NCBI RefSeq assembly: GCF_964355755.1
Contig: NC_092677.1
Span: 10,562,101-10,626,100 of the forward strand
Source of the DNA: Antedon mediterranea
Taxonomy: Eukaryota; Animalia; Echinodermata
Length of the DNA stretch: 64,000 nucleotides
Direction of reading: 5' to 3'
In this document: positions 12,101-24,100 of the stretch, one piece after another
How the letters are laid out: each line of letters starts with the position of its first letter
Position numbering within the stretch: the first letter of the stretch is position 1
The notes under the pieces: generated by a model
The model's input: only the letters and a program-made list of their open reading frames with translations
Told to the model about the DNA's origin: nothing
Database searches by the model: none
Made by a program: the position numbers and the translations under genes

Positions 12101-15100
12101 TATTATTATTATTACTAAAATAAATAAATATATTTGTATATAATTGTAACCTAACAATTAATGTGCCAATAAAACAAGTGTAGCTACACAAAAGAATTGT
12201 CGGATCAAGTGACTGAGGGAATGAATGAGTGGTTAAACCACAGCCGTAATATCGTTACAGGTTCAAGGTACTGCTTGATCGTAGTTCTGGTGGTAGAACA
12301 AGTCTTCTCAGATAAGGCCTTAAACTGGAGGTAAAGGTAAAGGTGAGTCCTGTGTTCTCTGAACGTAGGGGAATGAGCTGTTAGGAGCTCATTGTACTAA
12401 GCCTCGGCATTATGTGGTAGGGTGGCCAGTTCCTTTCCACGCCGCCTTTTTCCCTAGTATTTTCAACCAGGTACTCATTTTACAGCTGAGTGGAGTGGGA
12501 GTTGTCGGGCATTGAACCCGGGTCTATCTGTACGACAGTCAAGTGTCCTAACCACTCGGCTATCCAACTCCTCCACTGGAGGTACATTACACATAACAGA
12601 TTAACAATGTAAAATTGTATAAAATACTATATACAAACATGTATTCAAAGCGGCATACATGAGAAGTACATTACAACATGCACTACATGTTTAGCAATAA
12701 TGAACATAAACTTACATGTTTCACAGAATTGTCCAGTGTAACAGGATGGACAAGAACATGTGTATGCTGTACAGGAACCAGAAACCTGGACACAAGCACC
12801 TCCATTCTGACAAGCATTGTTGGAGCAGGCATTTAACACTAAATTAAAGGAAAAGATAATGTAGGTAGGAGTAATAGGCCTATATCATTATATCAAGTAA
12901 TATATAGTAGTAAAAAATGCTTTTGGAATGCTGGTTCACAGTATGAATGTTTTGAAATTATATTTTAATAATCTTGACATATTGTTTGTAGACGTGCATG
13001 GTGAAATCAATATGCTGATATAGAGTTTGTGGTACAGCACGTATGTTGTTCTGGAAAGAACTGTTGAGTTTCCCAATTACCTTAACTTTACACATAGATC
13101 AAACTATTACTATATGTGCACACTTAAATTACAGAGCAAGACCTCCACTGCCCACATTTCAAAGTGGGAGAAGACAACCTTTTTGATTTGCATGTACTGG
13201 AAAAATAATAAATGTTTTTATTAGATCTAGAAAAAATTTCAGAATATATATGAAATCTTACAAGTTTCACAGAATGTTCCAGTGTAACATGATGGGCAAG
13301 AACATGTGTATGCTGTACAGGAACCAGAAACCTGGACACAAAATCCTCCATTCTGACAAGTGCTGGTATCACAAGCATTTATCACTATAAAATAAAAATG
13401 AAAAACTCTGTACTGTAAACACAATTAACTTATATAGAGTATAGGAAAAGCAGAAATGAATTGTTTTTTCTTTTTTTCTCACTACTATGTAGAGGACAAC
13501 TCCTCCACTGGAGGTACATTACACATAACAGATTAACAATGTAAAATTGTATAAAATACTATATACAAACATGTATTCAAAGCGGCATACATGAGAAGTA
13601 CATTACAACATGCACTACATGTTTAGCAATAATGAACATAAACTTACATGTTTCACAGAATTGTCCAGTGTAACAGGATGGACAAGAACATGTGTATGCT
13701 GTACAGGAACCAGAAACCTGGACACAAGCACCTCCATTCTGACAAGCATTGTTGGAGCAGGCATTTAACACTAAATTAAAGGAAAAGATAATGTAGGTAG
13801 GAGTAATAGGCCTATATCATTATATCAAGTAATATATAGTAGTAAAAAATGCTTTTGGAATGCTGGTTCACAGTATGAATGTTTTGAAATTATATTTTAA
13901 TAATCTTGACATATTGTTTGTAGACGTGCATGGTGAAATCAATATGCTGATATAGAGTTTGTGGTACAGCACGTATGTTGTTCTGGAAAGAACTGTTGAG
14001 TTTCCCAATTACCTTAACTTTACACATAGATCAAACTATTACTATATGTGCACACTTAAATTACAGAGCAAGACCTCCACTGCCCACATTTCAAAGTGGG
14101 AGCAGACAACCTTTTTAATTTGCATGTACTGGAAAAATAATAAATGTTTTTATTAGATCTAGAAAAAATTTCAGAATATATATGAAATCTTACAAGTTTC
14201 ACAGAATGTTCCAGTGTAACATGATGGGCAAGAACATGTGTATGCTGTACAGGAACCAGAAACCTGGACACAAAATCCTCCATTCTGACAAGTGCTGGTA
14301 TCACAAGCATTTATCACTATAAAATAAAAATGAAAAACTCTGTACTGTAAACACAATTAACTTATATCAAGTATAGGAAAAGCAGAAATGAATTGTTTTT
14401 TCTTTTTTTCTCACTACTATGTAGAGGACAGTGAGCTAAAGTTAATATAGACATACGGTTACCATATTCTTCTATGTAAAGCAGTTTGCTAACATAAAGA
14501 GCAAACATTACAACAACTTACATGTTTCGCAATATCTACCAGTGTAACATGATGGACATGTACAGGTGTACAGCTCACATGAACCAGAAACCTGGACACA
14601 AGCAGCTCCATTCTGACAAGCGTTGTTAGAGCAAGCATTCAATACTACAAAATTATATTAACAAATGATATCAAACAATAACAAAATGCCTTTTCTTTGT
14701 AATAAAGAACTATTTTACAGGGAATACTAAAAGCAACACATTAAATATTCTAGAACACAGCTGAGTGTATCCTTGCCATTGGATTGGTTAATTACGTAAA
14801 ATCCTGACGTACAGTAGTATTTCTACTTAATGGTGATAATGAATGGCACTAATGAACGCTGATGGAGTATCCTAACGATGCAAGCAATATGTATAAAACA
14901 TACAGGTGTTATTGTTTGACCAATATACTGTACAATAAAAGCTGTAACCAAAATGATATTATAGCTACAGATAAACAAAACTTTGATAATTTGTTACAAG
15001 TGAAGTTAAAAACTTACAACATATATATTACTACTTACATTACTGTAAGACCATGTAAATCAAAATACTAAATAAAATATACATATTATTTACACAAAAA

Positions 15101-18100
15101 GTAAAGCTTCTATTTTAACTCACAAGTTTCACAGAATTGTCCAGTGTAACAATTTGGACAAGAACATGTGTATGCTGTACAGGAACCAGAAACCTGGACA
15201 CAAGCAGCTCCATTTTGACAAGCATTGTTGGAGCAAGCATTAATAGCTACACACAAAATACATTAAAACAAAGTTAACAGCAATATACTCTTGACAAAAC
15301 ACTGAATGAAATATAATCCAATAACAAAAGGCATATATTAAGAAGGAAAGAGATGTTTTAATACTTACGAGTTTCACAGTATTGTCCTGTAAAACATGAT
15401 GGACAGGTACATGTGTATGCTGTACAGGAACCAGAAACCTGGACACAAGCAGCTCCATTCTGGCAAGCATTGTTTGAGCAAGCATTTAGTTCTAAGAGGA
15501 TAATAATGAACAATATCATATAGTGCAATTAAAATGCATCCTGTTAAATGTTTTAATATATTACATTTTTAATCGATTTATTTTTTGATTTTTTAAAAAT
15601 AAATGAAACTTGATATTAGTCGGTTTAATTACTTACGTGTTTCACAGAATGTTCCAGTAAAACATGATGGACAGGTACATGTGTATGCTGTACAGGAACC
15701 AGTAATCGGGATACACGCAGCTCCATTCTGACAACCGTGGTTTGAGCAGAGATTGAGCACTACATAAGCAAGAATGAAACATGTATTATGTCAAAACTTT
15801 TCTTTGCTTAAAAATAGATGACAGTTCTAAAATCTTTAAGCTCTGTCTACACTCTCAAACTCTATTTGACAAAAACATGTGAAGAGAACATTATATGGAC
15901 ATGATGATGTCATATCAATACCATATTTGGGCATATCACTACTATAGTTGGGAACATAACACTTTTTTTGTCCAACCAGAGAGTTAATTAATGAATTAAT
16001 TATTATCCTATTAAGCAATGTAATGGTGATATTCAGTTTAGATTTTGAGTGTCTATGGGCAACAAATATCATAATAATCAAATAACTTCATAATTCCAAT
16101 TTTTAGGTTACATTTAGCATTCATGTTCCCCACTAGCCAAGCAGATCCATGGCAATAATAGAATGGACCATAGACCTAACTTACTTAAGTTTCAATATTT
16201 TAGTTAAATTAAAGCTTGTTTTATTCTTACTTATTCTATTTACAGTTTATTAATGTGACTAAATTTGTAAACTTACAAGTTTCACAGAATGTTCCAGTGT
16301 AACAACCTGGACAGGTACATGAGTATGCTGTACAGGAACCAGAAACCTGGACACAAGCAGCTCCATTCTGACAAGCATGGTTAGAGCAAGCATTCAACAC
16401 TGTAAAGAAGGAAAATCCATATGAACAATACAAAGTATCTGTCAAGTATCCCCTTCAAATACAATGCAGTAAATTTTATAGTTTCCAAATGCGCGTAATC
16501 TAATAGTTTCAGGAGCGGTCGCAGAACTACTTTTAGGGGGTTGCCCACGAGTCCAGGGCCGTTAATACCAAGCTTTTGCAAATTTTGTTAAATGACACCT
16601 CTAGATAGCCGGATCGTATGTAAAACTCATGATAGGCTCTTCCAACCATGAACTTCTATTTAATGTTAATAGTTATTATCATGAAATGAGATCTAAATAG
16701 TAATTTAGTGGCAGAAGAAACACTTAGTATGAAATTAAGGGTGTTGCCAAGGCAACTGGGGAAACACCCCTGCGTCCGCCCCTGATTTTATACTTACGAG
16801 TTTCACAGAATGTTCCAGTATAACAGGTTGGACAAGTACATGTGTATGCTGTACAGGAACCAACTACTGCAACGCAAGCACCTCCATTTTGACAAATGTT
16901 ATTGCTGCATGCATTCAATGCTAAATATAATGTAAAATAGTGTTACGTTGTAATTAATACATCAACATACTAGAGACCTGTCTAACCCAATTATAAATGG
17001 CTGTAGTTACCATCAAAAGATTTAAATTCATACCCAATTTGTTGCATGGTCTGTTTATAGACAAAAATTAATATAAACAACTACTAGTATAAAAAATATT
17101 ATTTTCTAATAATTTTTAAAATCTATTTCAAGTAAAAACACAATCATAGCATAAAATAATAAACAAAACTGATTCTTGGTGCTGTTTTATCTAAATTTGT
17201 CCAGTTCACATATGTTTTATAAATGCCTGTATCATATATATTAACCGATGATATGCTGTATTAAGGGATTTGCCAAGACACTGGACAGTTATTGTAATAT
17301 GTGGAGAAACAGCACTGGGAATTGGGTGCATCAAGGAAAAAACCATGAGTTCAAAAGTAGGAAGACATTAGAGGAAACGAGACCCTTTCAATCCATATCA
17401 TCATATTTGTCATCATTATCATCTCTCCTATATACTCATCAACATTATAGTATGAAATCTCTCCATCCTCATAATTCTTAAGAGTCATTTTCAGTTGATT
17501 GAGGTTCCTGTTTTGAATATTACCTGCAGCTAACCCTAACTAGTATATCCCATTTGTGTTTTCTCCTTGAAGGTAAAAACAAAAGAGAATATAAAGCCAA
17601 CTGGACTAGTAAGTTCTTACGTGTTTGACAAAACTGTCCAGTAAAACAATTCGCACAGGTACAAGAGTACTCGGTGCAGGAACCTGGAGCCTGGACACAA
17701 GCTGCTCCATTCTGACACAGGTTGTTTGAACAGGCATTCAATACTTGAAAGGAACAAATACAACTAAAACTTTATCAACTGCAATCAAATATTGAGTTAG
17801 ATGTAACTAAGCTTACTTCCAACCAGAAGGAATACCAAATATTAGTACTAGTACTAGTTAGCAAGTAGGTATCAAGTAAGTATCAACATGTTGACATGCA
17901 CATGCATAAAAGAAGACAACTTTAAGCACAGAAATAAGCCTTGATTGGTCAACATGGTATCTCCTACGGAAGCAGCAATATTACGAATTGCTGGAACACA
18001 GTACAAGATTACCTGAACACACAAGTAACAACCAATAACGGAATAAAGCAAACATTGAACATGGCATACTAATAAAAGTATCTAACTGCACTACATTGCA

Positions 18101-21100
18101 TGTACACTGTATACATCATTTCGGCTACTAAAGGTCTCAGAATATAGACCTAATAACAGACACAAAAAGCATGGTATTCCACCTCTCAAAATATTTCATT
18201 CTTTTTTTAATCTATAGCAAACTTGTCTTATCAAACAAATACAATCAGAGATTAAGAGATGACTCTCACAAACGCATACACTGCTGCTGCTAGTCTATGT
18301 CAGTCGTTAAGCTACAGATACACAACACAATGTAAACGTCCCACAATATAAACTCAGCAGAAACATACAGTGAAATGTACAGTGTACTGTAGTATCCCAA
18401 CTAACCATTTGAACAGAATTGTCCTACGTAACAATTTGGACAAGAACATGTATAATCTACGCATGAATCAATCTCAGGCGTGCAAGTTGCGCCATTTTGG
18501 CACTGGTGGTTTGAGCATGGTTCAAGAACTAACACAAGATTTTAAAAGAAAAACAATAAGTTACTAATAAAAGATATAAGAAAAGCACAAAAATGTATTG
18601 TTCAAAAGGTTGCATCATGGGTAATAATATGCAAGTTATAGACAAATGCTAATGGAGATCCCATGTATTAGTTAAGAAGAAAAGATATAATTTTAGTACA
18701 TACTTAACAGTTTCTGTTTATTCTATATACCATGAGTTAGATTGCCAAATGCATTTTCTTATCTACAAGGTATCACCCTCCCCCATGTGAAGTTTTTTAT
18801 GCAGGAGTAAAAATATAAAAAATACATAAAATAACAAATTGTGGCATTTAGTATTTGACGCACAATTCACTTTCTTTAAACTACTATGTTAATAGGGAGG
18901 TTATGACCAACATGCAGCCTAGTGAATCGATGTATCGTCAGTTGTTGCCTTGACCTAGAAACAAACCTGTGTTGAGGGCAGGAGTGAGGAACACGTCCCA
19001 ATATTCCTGCATGCACACAATGAATTAACATAAAATAATTTGGTCGGCCGTCTCCCTAATACCCACAAGTCTTTTGGTTTATGTTTGTTTTAGTATGTAT
19101 TTGAGTCCAATTTAGAGACGAAGACATTCAGGTTTATCTAGGTAACTATTCATACATTGAACAGTAACGGTCACTTTGCACGACAAGTGAGTTTGAATTT
19201 CTAACTTTTGGCAGGTGAATGATGGCTTCGAAGATGAATGCACTGGTGATTTAACCAATGAATTATTCCTGATATGTTATAATTAGAAGGGGGAGTGTGC
19301 TACAAACATCCTCCACCACCAACAACAATGTACAGGCCTGACTATCACATATTTTCTCCCTGTTTCACATCCATTGTCATCATTGTGTTTATTAAGGTCA
19401 ATTGTTTGACATATTAATTAAAGACTTACATGTTTCGCAAAAGGTTCCAGTGAAACATCCAGAACAGGAACAAGTGTAGTCAGTACATGAGTTTCCAACA
19501 CTAAAGCATATTCCACCATTCTGGCACTGGCTATTACTACAAGCATTCAATCCTATAAAACAGCAATAAATAAAACATAAAATAAACAAGTAATATGACA
19601 TAATTTATCTTTCTGACCAAAAATCTTCCTATTGTTTACAAATATTCTATAATAATTTACTATGTTCATTATTTCAGTATTTAAAAAAAAAATTGGATAA
19701 TCATATCTCACATTTTTAAAGTTTGATGGTAAAATGTGTGATGCTAGAAAATTTTACTTTTTTCCTTGCTCACATATTGATTATTATGTGACTCATAGAT
19801 AGACACATGAAAAAGCACTGCCAACCATGGTCATGGTGTTTCTTAATGATTTAAACACTCACCTGTTTCACAGAAAGATCCAACAAAGCATGTTACACAC
19901 AAGCAAGTTGCAATTTTACCAGTAGAATCGAGTTGACACGTGCCTCCATTTTGACAAACAATACTATTACAGGGATTGACTGAAGAAAAAAAATGTATAC
20001 ATTATTTGATGTTGATCATGGTTGATGGTACAGTACATTGATATGCGATGTTGATTATGGTTCATCATGTAGAGTAGTACAATGTATATAGAGGTAATAT
20101 ACACATGCTTAAATTTCCTCCCTTGGAGGCCACACCATTAAGGCCAAATTATACAAACAATTGGTCACGGTACGCATAAAAAAAAATATAGAATTTATGT
20201 TATTTCTTAAGACCAGTTACACCAAACGTGGAGCAGATGGCCTGTTGGGTGGAAAGCTGTTCAAGATAGAAACAGATTCAAACAGAGATTGGTTGGTATA
20301 CAGAGGTTGCCGTCTCTCAAAGGCATATGGCCATACTTAACAATGTTTCATTAGGCTTGGTTCCCACATAAAACAAGACCTAACAAAAGTCAGTTAACCA
20401 ATGATTGGTCAAATCACTTGCATTGCGCTTGAATTGATATGAACGCCTACAAATGGACCAATTTACCAACTGAAAATAATTATAATGAAAACAAATATTT
20501 TGGGAGAAATATTAAAAATGTATATATCTTGTTTACTTACTGTACATTTCCCAACGAAGTCTAAAACCACTTTCCTCAACGTTCTTATCAGTCAAAAAGT
20601 ACATCCAAGCTGAGTCCGAAACAATACTAATTTTTCCAGGTCTTTGACTGCCATCAAAAAAGAACATGTTCAGACTAGATAAATGTTGTCCATTTAAACT
20701 ACCGATATCTAATGGAGTCAATCCAGCTCCTATGTACAACTCATCTTTAGGTCTCTCCACATTGAAGGTGTTGTCAAAGAACATGTCAATTCTATCAACA
20801 TTAGGAGCATACAGAAGGTACAAAGCACTATATCGAGCGGCATACATGTTAGGATAGTTTGGAGAGCTGAACGTTCCGTAAAAGCATTTACTTCCATAAC
20901 AAGTAAATATATCGTTATTGGCTGAAATATAACAATAATCGATTTATTACTTTAAGGGTTGATCGGTTAAGGTAGAGGCACTGCAAAGCAATAAAATCGG
21001 CATAGGTTTAAGGCTCACCTCGACCATAATTCTGGTGGTAGAATGAGTCTTCTCGGCTAAGGACTTAAAACTGGATGTCCGGTGTACACATCTGAGTTAT

Positions 21101-24100
21101 ATGCACCCAGAGAAAGAGTAGGGGTTATCTCGGCATCATTCTTTGTTATTGCTCAATTTAAAAAAATGGCCCTAGACCAGGTCAAGATTGGGCAACATAA
21201 TTGCCCTTACAAAGCAAGTAACACTAAATGTGCAGGTTTCACAATTGTTAAGGCCTTAAAACGTAAGTAATATTAAATGTTAAGTTGCTTTTTATCTGTG
21301 GAAAGCTTACCTGTAGTGGTCTGACAGTTATAGCCACCTGTATTTGGTTGTGTACATTCACAGACATAGTTTGGCTGATTTGGTTCGTTGCGGTTGTAGC
21401 ATGCAAGATTGTTGCCGCATTGATTGACAGCACATGCTACCAGACAAAAATATTCAAGACCAATTAATTTTGGTTTGCAACATTTATATATCAAAAAATA
21501 TTTTAAAAAGTTTGTGAGATCTGATCATAAAAAAGCTGGTTTTGAATAAAGACGAAATGTGATTTCATGAATAGGTTAAATAATGTACAGTAAAGTGGTT
21601 AACATATTTAAAAATAAAGGTTAACATATTTACAGGTAAAAACATTTAAAATCTGCAGAAGTCACATGGTATACATAATAAAAATGAATAAAACACAACA
21701 TTTTGGGATGAGGAGTTAGATACATAGATTGAGTTATATACTACAAATCATCATGTTTCAATTCAAATGATGGAATCCACCAGATTAGTCAATATTTTGC
21801 TTTGTGTATGTAGGCCTAAATCTTGTCTAAGTATTATATTATGTCCTGTCATTGTAATGTATTTTTATATAAGGGTAGCCATAATAACGAGCCTTGCTCT
21901 TTGATTTGTTTTCACCATTTCACCATAAATAAAATTGTATTCTCTTATCATCACATGCAATTCGGAAATAAAGTTGAAAATTGATTTGTTAATTACATAT
22001 TTAAGGGTGAGAAATATTTTACATGTTCTTAATTTGGTTTAATGACATAACATTTGTATAGGAAAACATTTATTACTTTAACATAATCCTATTATTATAA
22101 TTCTTTGTATTTAAACAACATTGTGCATCTGTACCAATAATCAACATACCTTCAGATGCATAGAAGTTCTCGCAATTTACACCGGAGTAACTTGTAGGAC
22201 ATTCACAAACGTATGCTCCAGACGTAAATGCAACACACACACCTCCATTCAAACATGGGTTAGACTGACACCCAGTTGCAGCAGCTACAAAAAAAAACAA
22301 ATTTGGCATTAAAGACAACAGCTTCTATTGTAGTTAAATACAGTATTTTACCATTTTTTACTGTTCTACTTCAAACAATATTGCATGAATAAACGTATAG
22401 TATAGTCGGACAATTGCTCTCTAGACAATTGCTCTACAGACAAGTACCCCCAACAGCTACCCTTTATGACAACTACTCCCTAGGAAAATTATCCCCAGAC
22501 AACTATACTCTATGAGGCATTTGTCTGTATTAGGGTGTAATTGGGTTGCCCGAAGAGTAAGTTGTACTTGGTACTTTTTGGTTGTCTAGTGAATACTCCA
22601 CAAGAAAGTCTGTCCAAATTGTCTGGGGGTTGGTTGTTTAGTAGTGGATTTTTTACATAATTTGTTGGTAATTTTGATCTTCCCTTTATCTGGCCCTGCC
22701 CTCAGCCGCACCCCTTTACCAGCCGTTTTGGCAGACTGCTTTACATACTTACATGCAAGAAGCTGACAGTTTGATCCCTGATATCCAGTAGGGCATGAAC
22801 ATTGGTACCACAATGCACCTGAAGTTCCTATATCTGTACATACGCCTCCATTAAAACATGGAGTTATGGTGGTGCAAGGTTGGTCGTACACTGTGGAAAC
22901 AAACAAAATGCACTTGATAATAAAATAGAAATAATAATCAAAATCATATTTATAATCCACCCGTACTTATCAAAATCCTCGGTATTTCATTTAATATATT
23001 TAAATGGAGTATAATTTCATGATTGAATCTAACGTCTAGTCTATGCTAGCAAACTTTTGTTTGTAAACTCTGAGTTTGTCACTATTTGAAGTAATAAGGC
23101 CCTACTTTATTTCGAAACGGATACAACATATTGATTAACCAGATTGGTGTGTTTTACAAGGCCATTTTAGCTTCATTTGTTTACAAACTCTCCGTTTTTA
23201 GAGAAGATTGTTCTATAAAGTTTGCTAGTGAGGGCCCTGAATGATCAGTTCTATTAGGAACTGGATAGGCTACCCTCAGTAAATATGGTAATAAATAAAG
23301 CGACGTAGCCCAGTTGATAAACTTCAGTAAACTGCAGAAAACAAGTTTGCAGAAGTCTACACTAGCAACCTTCACTTTGAAAATTCGAGCAAAACTCCGA
23401 GGGTGGCAAGAAACAATAACCAAATATTGTTAGCAACTTCGGCAAACTCTGGAATCACAAACTTCTCTAAACAGTGACAAATTCAGAGTTTTCCAAACAA
23501 AATTTCGGTAAATTTTGCTAGTGCAGACTATTTAGGCATTTGAACTTAAACAATCTCCGAATTTGGCAAAACAAGTGCAGAAAACACGCTTGTAGAAGTC
23601 TACAGTACGTTACATAGCAAACTCGAGCGTAATTTGAAAAAGAAGAAGGGATTTTCAAAGTTAACTGGTGCAGAAAACAAGTCTGCACAAGTCACTCGAT
23701 TTTTAAATAAAAAATTGGTAAAGTTTGTTAGTATAAGAAATAACACGTCAAACTCGGATTTTTTTCAATATGCAAACTAAAGTTTGCTAGACTCTAAATA
23801 CATTTTTGTAACATATAGGCCCCTACAATCGTTGGCCTACCAAAGTAATGAGTAATCAACATTTGTGTAACCAAACATTCTGCTGTATCAAAGTTATAAA
23901 TATTGGTACCCCATGTAGGCATATACCACCTTCATATAATGTTCATGCAAAGAACAAATTGTATTGTAGAGTATGTTGATTTACATTACACGTTTACATA
24001 TTTAATTGTCTACAATAATAATACATACAGTATATATTTCTATTTTAGGGGTTTACATGTTCAAGGTTATTGTATAGCCTGTTATAATAAATTAATCATT

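Larger units (their letters stand above)
110..19552 (-). repeat. Tandem array of 43 123-bp eight-Cys EGF exons
   Basis: Consensus [40 protein letters not shown]. The plus-strand core acatgtgtatgctgtacaggaaccagaaacctggacaca recurs in most copies, separated by introns of about 100-1700 bp. Confidence 0.95.

Noticed and set aside
12500-12574. tRNA gene (A and B boxes); similar heads at ~33800, ~51370, ~53150 and ~59365
   Set aside because: No complete cloverleaf; where intact they continue into a SINE body, tail and TSD.
929-15485. Alternative-frame and antisense ORFs such as [26 protein letters not shown] and [26 protein letters not shown]
   Set aside because: Shadow frames of the EGF exons; they recur only because the exons do.
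761-16399. CRISPR-like appearance (conserved repeats with variable spacers)
   Set aside because: The repeats are 123-bp coding exons with splice sites in a eukaryotic gene; the spacers are introns; no cas genes.
761-16399. Dscam-style mutually exclusive exon cluster
   Set aside because: Introns exceed 100 bp, all exons join in frame and no docking/selector motif was seen; the Cys pattern favours tandem inclusion. Not formally excluded without cDNA.
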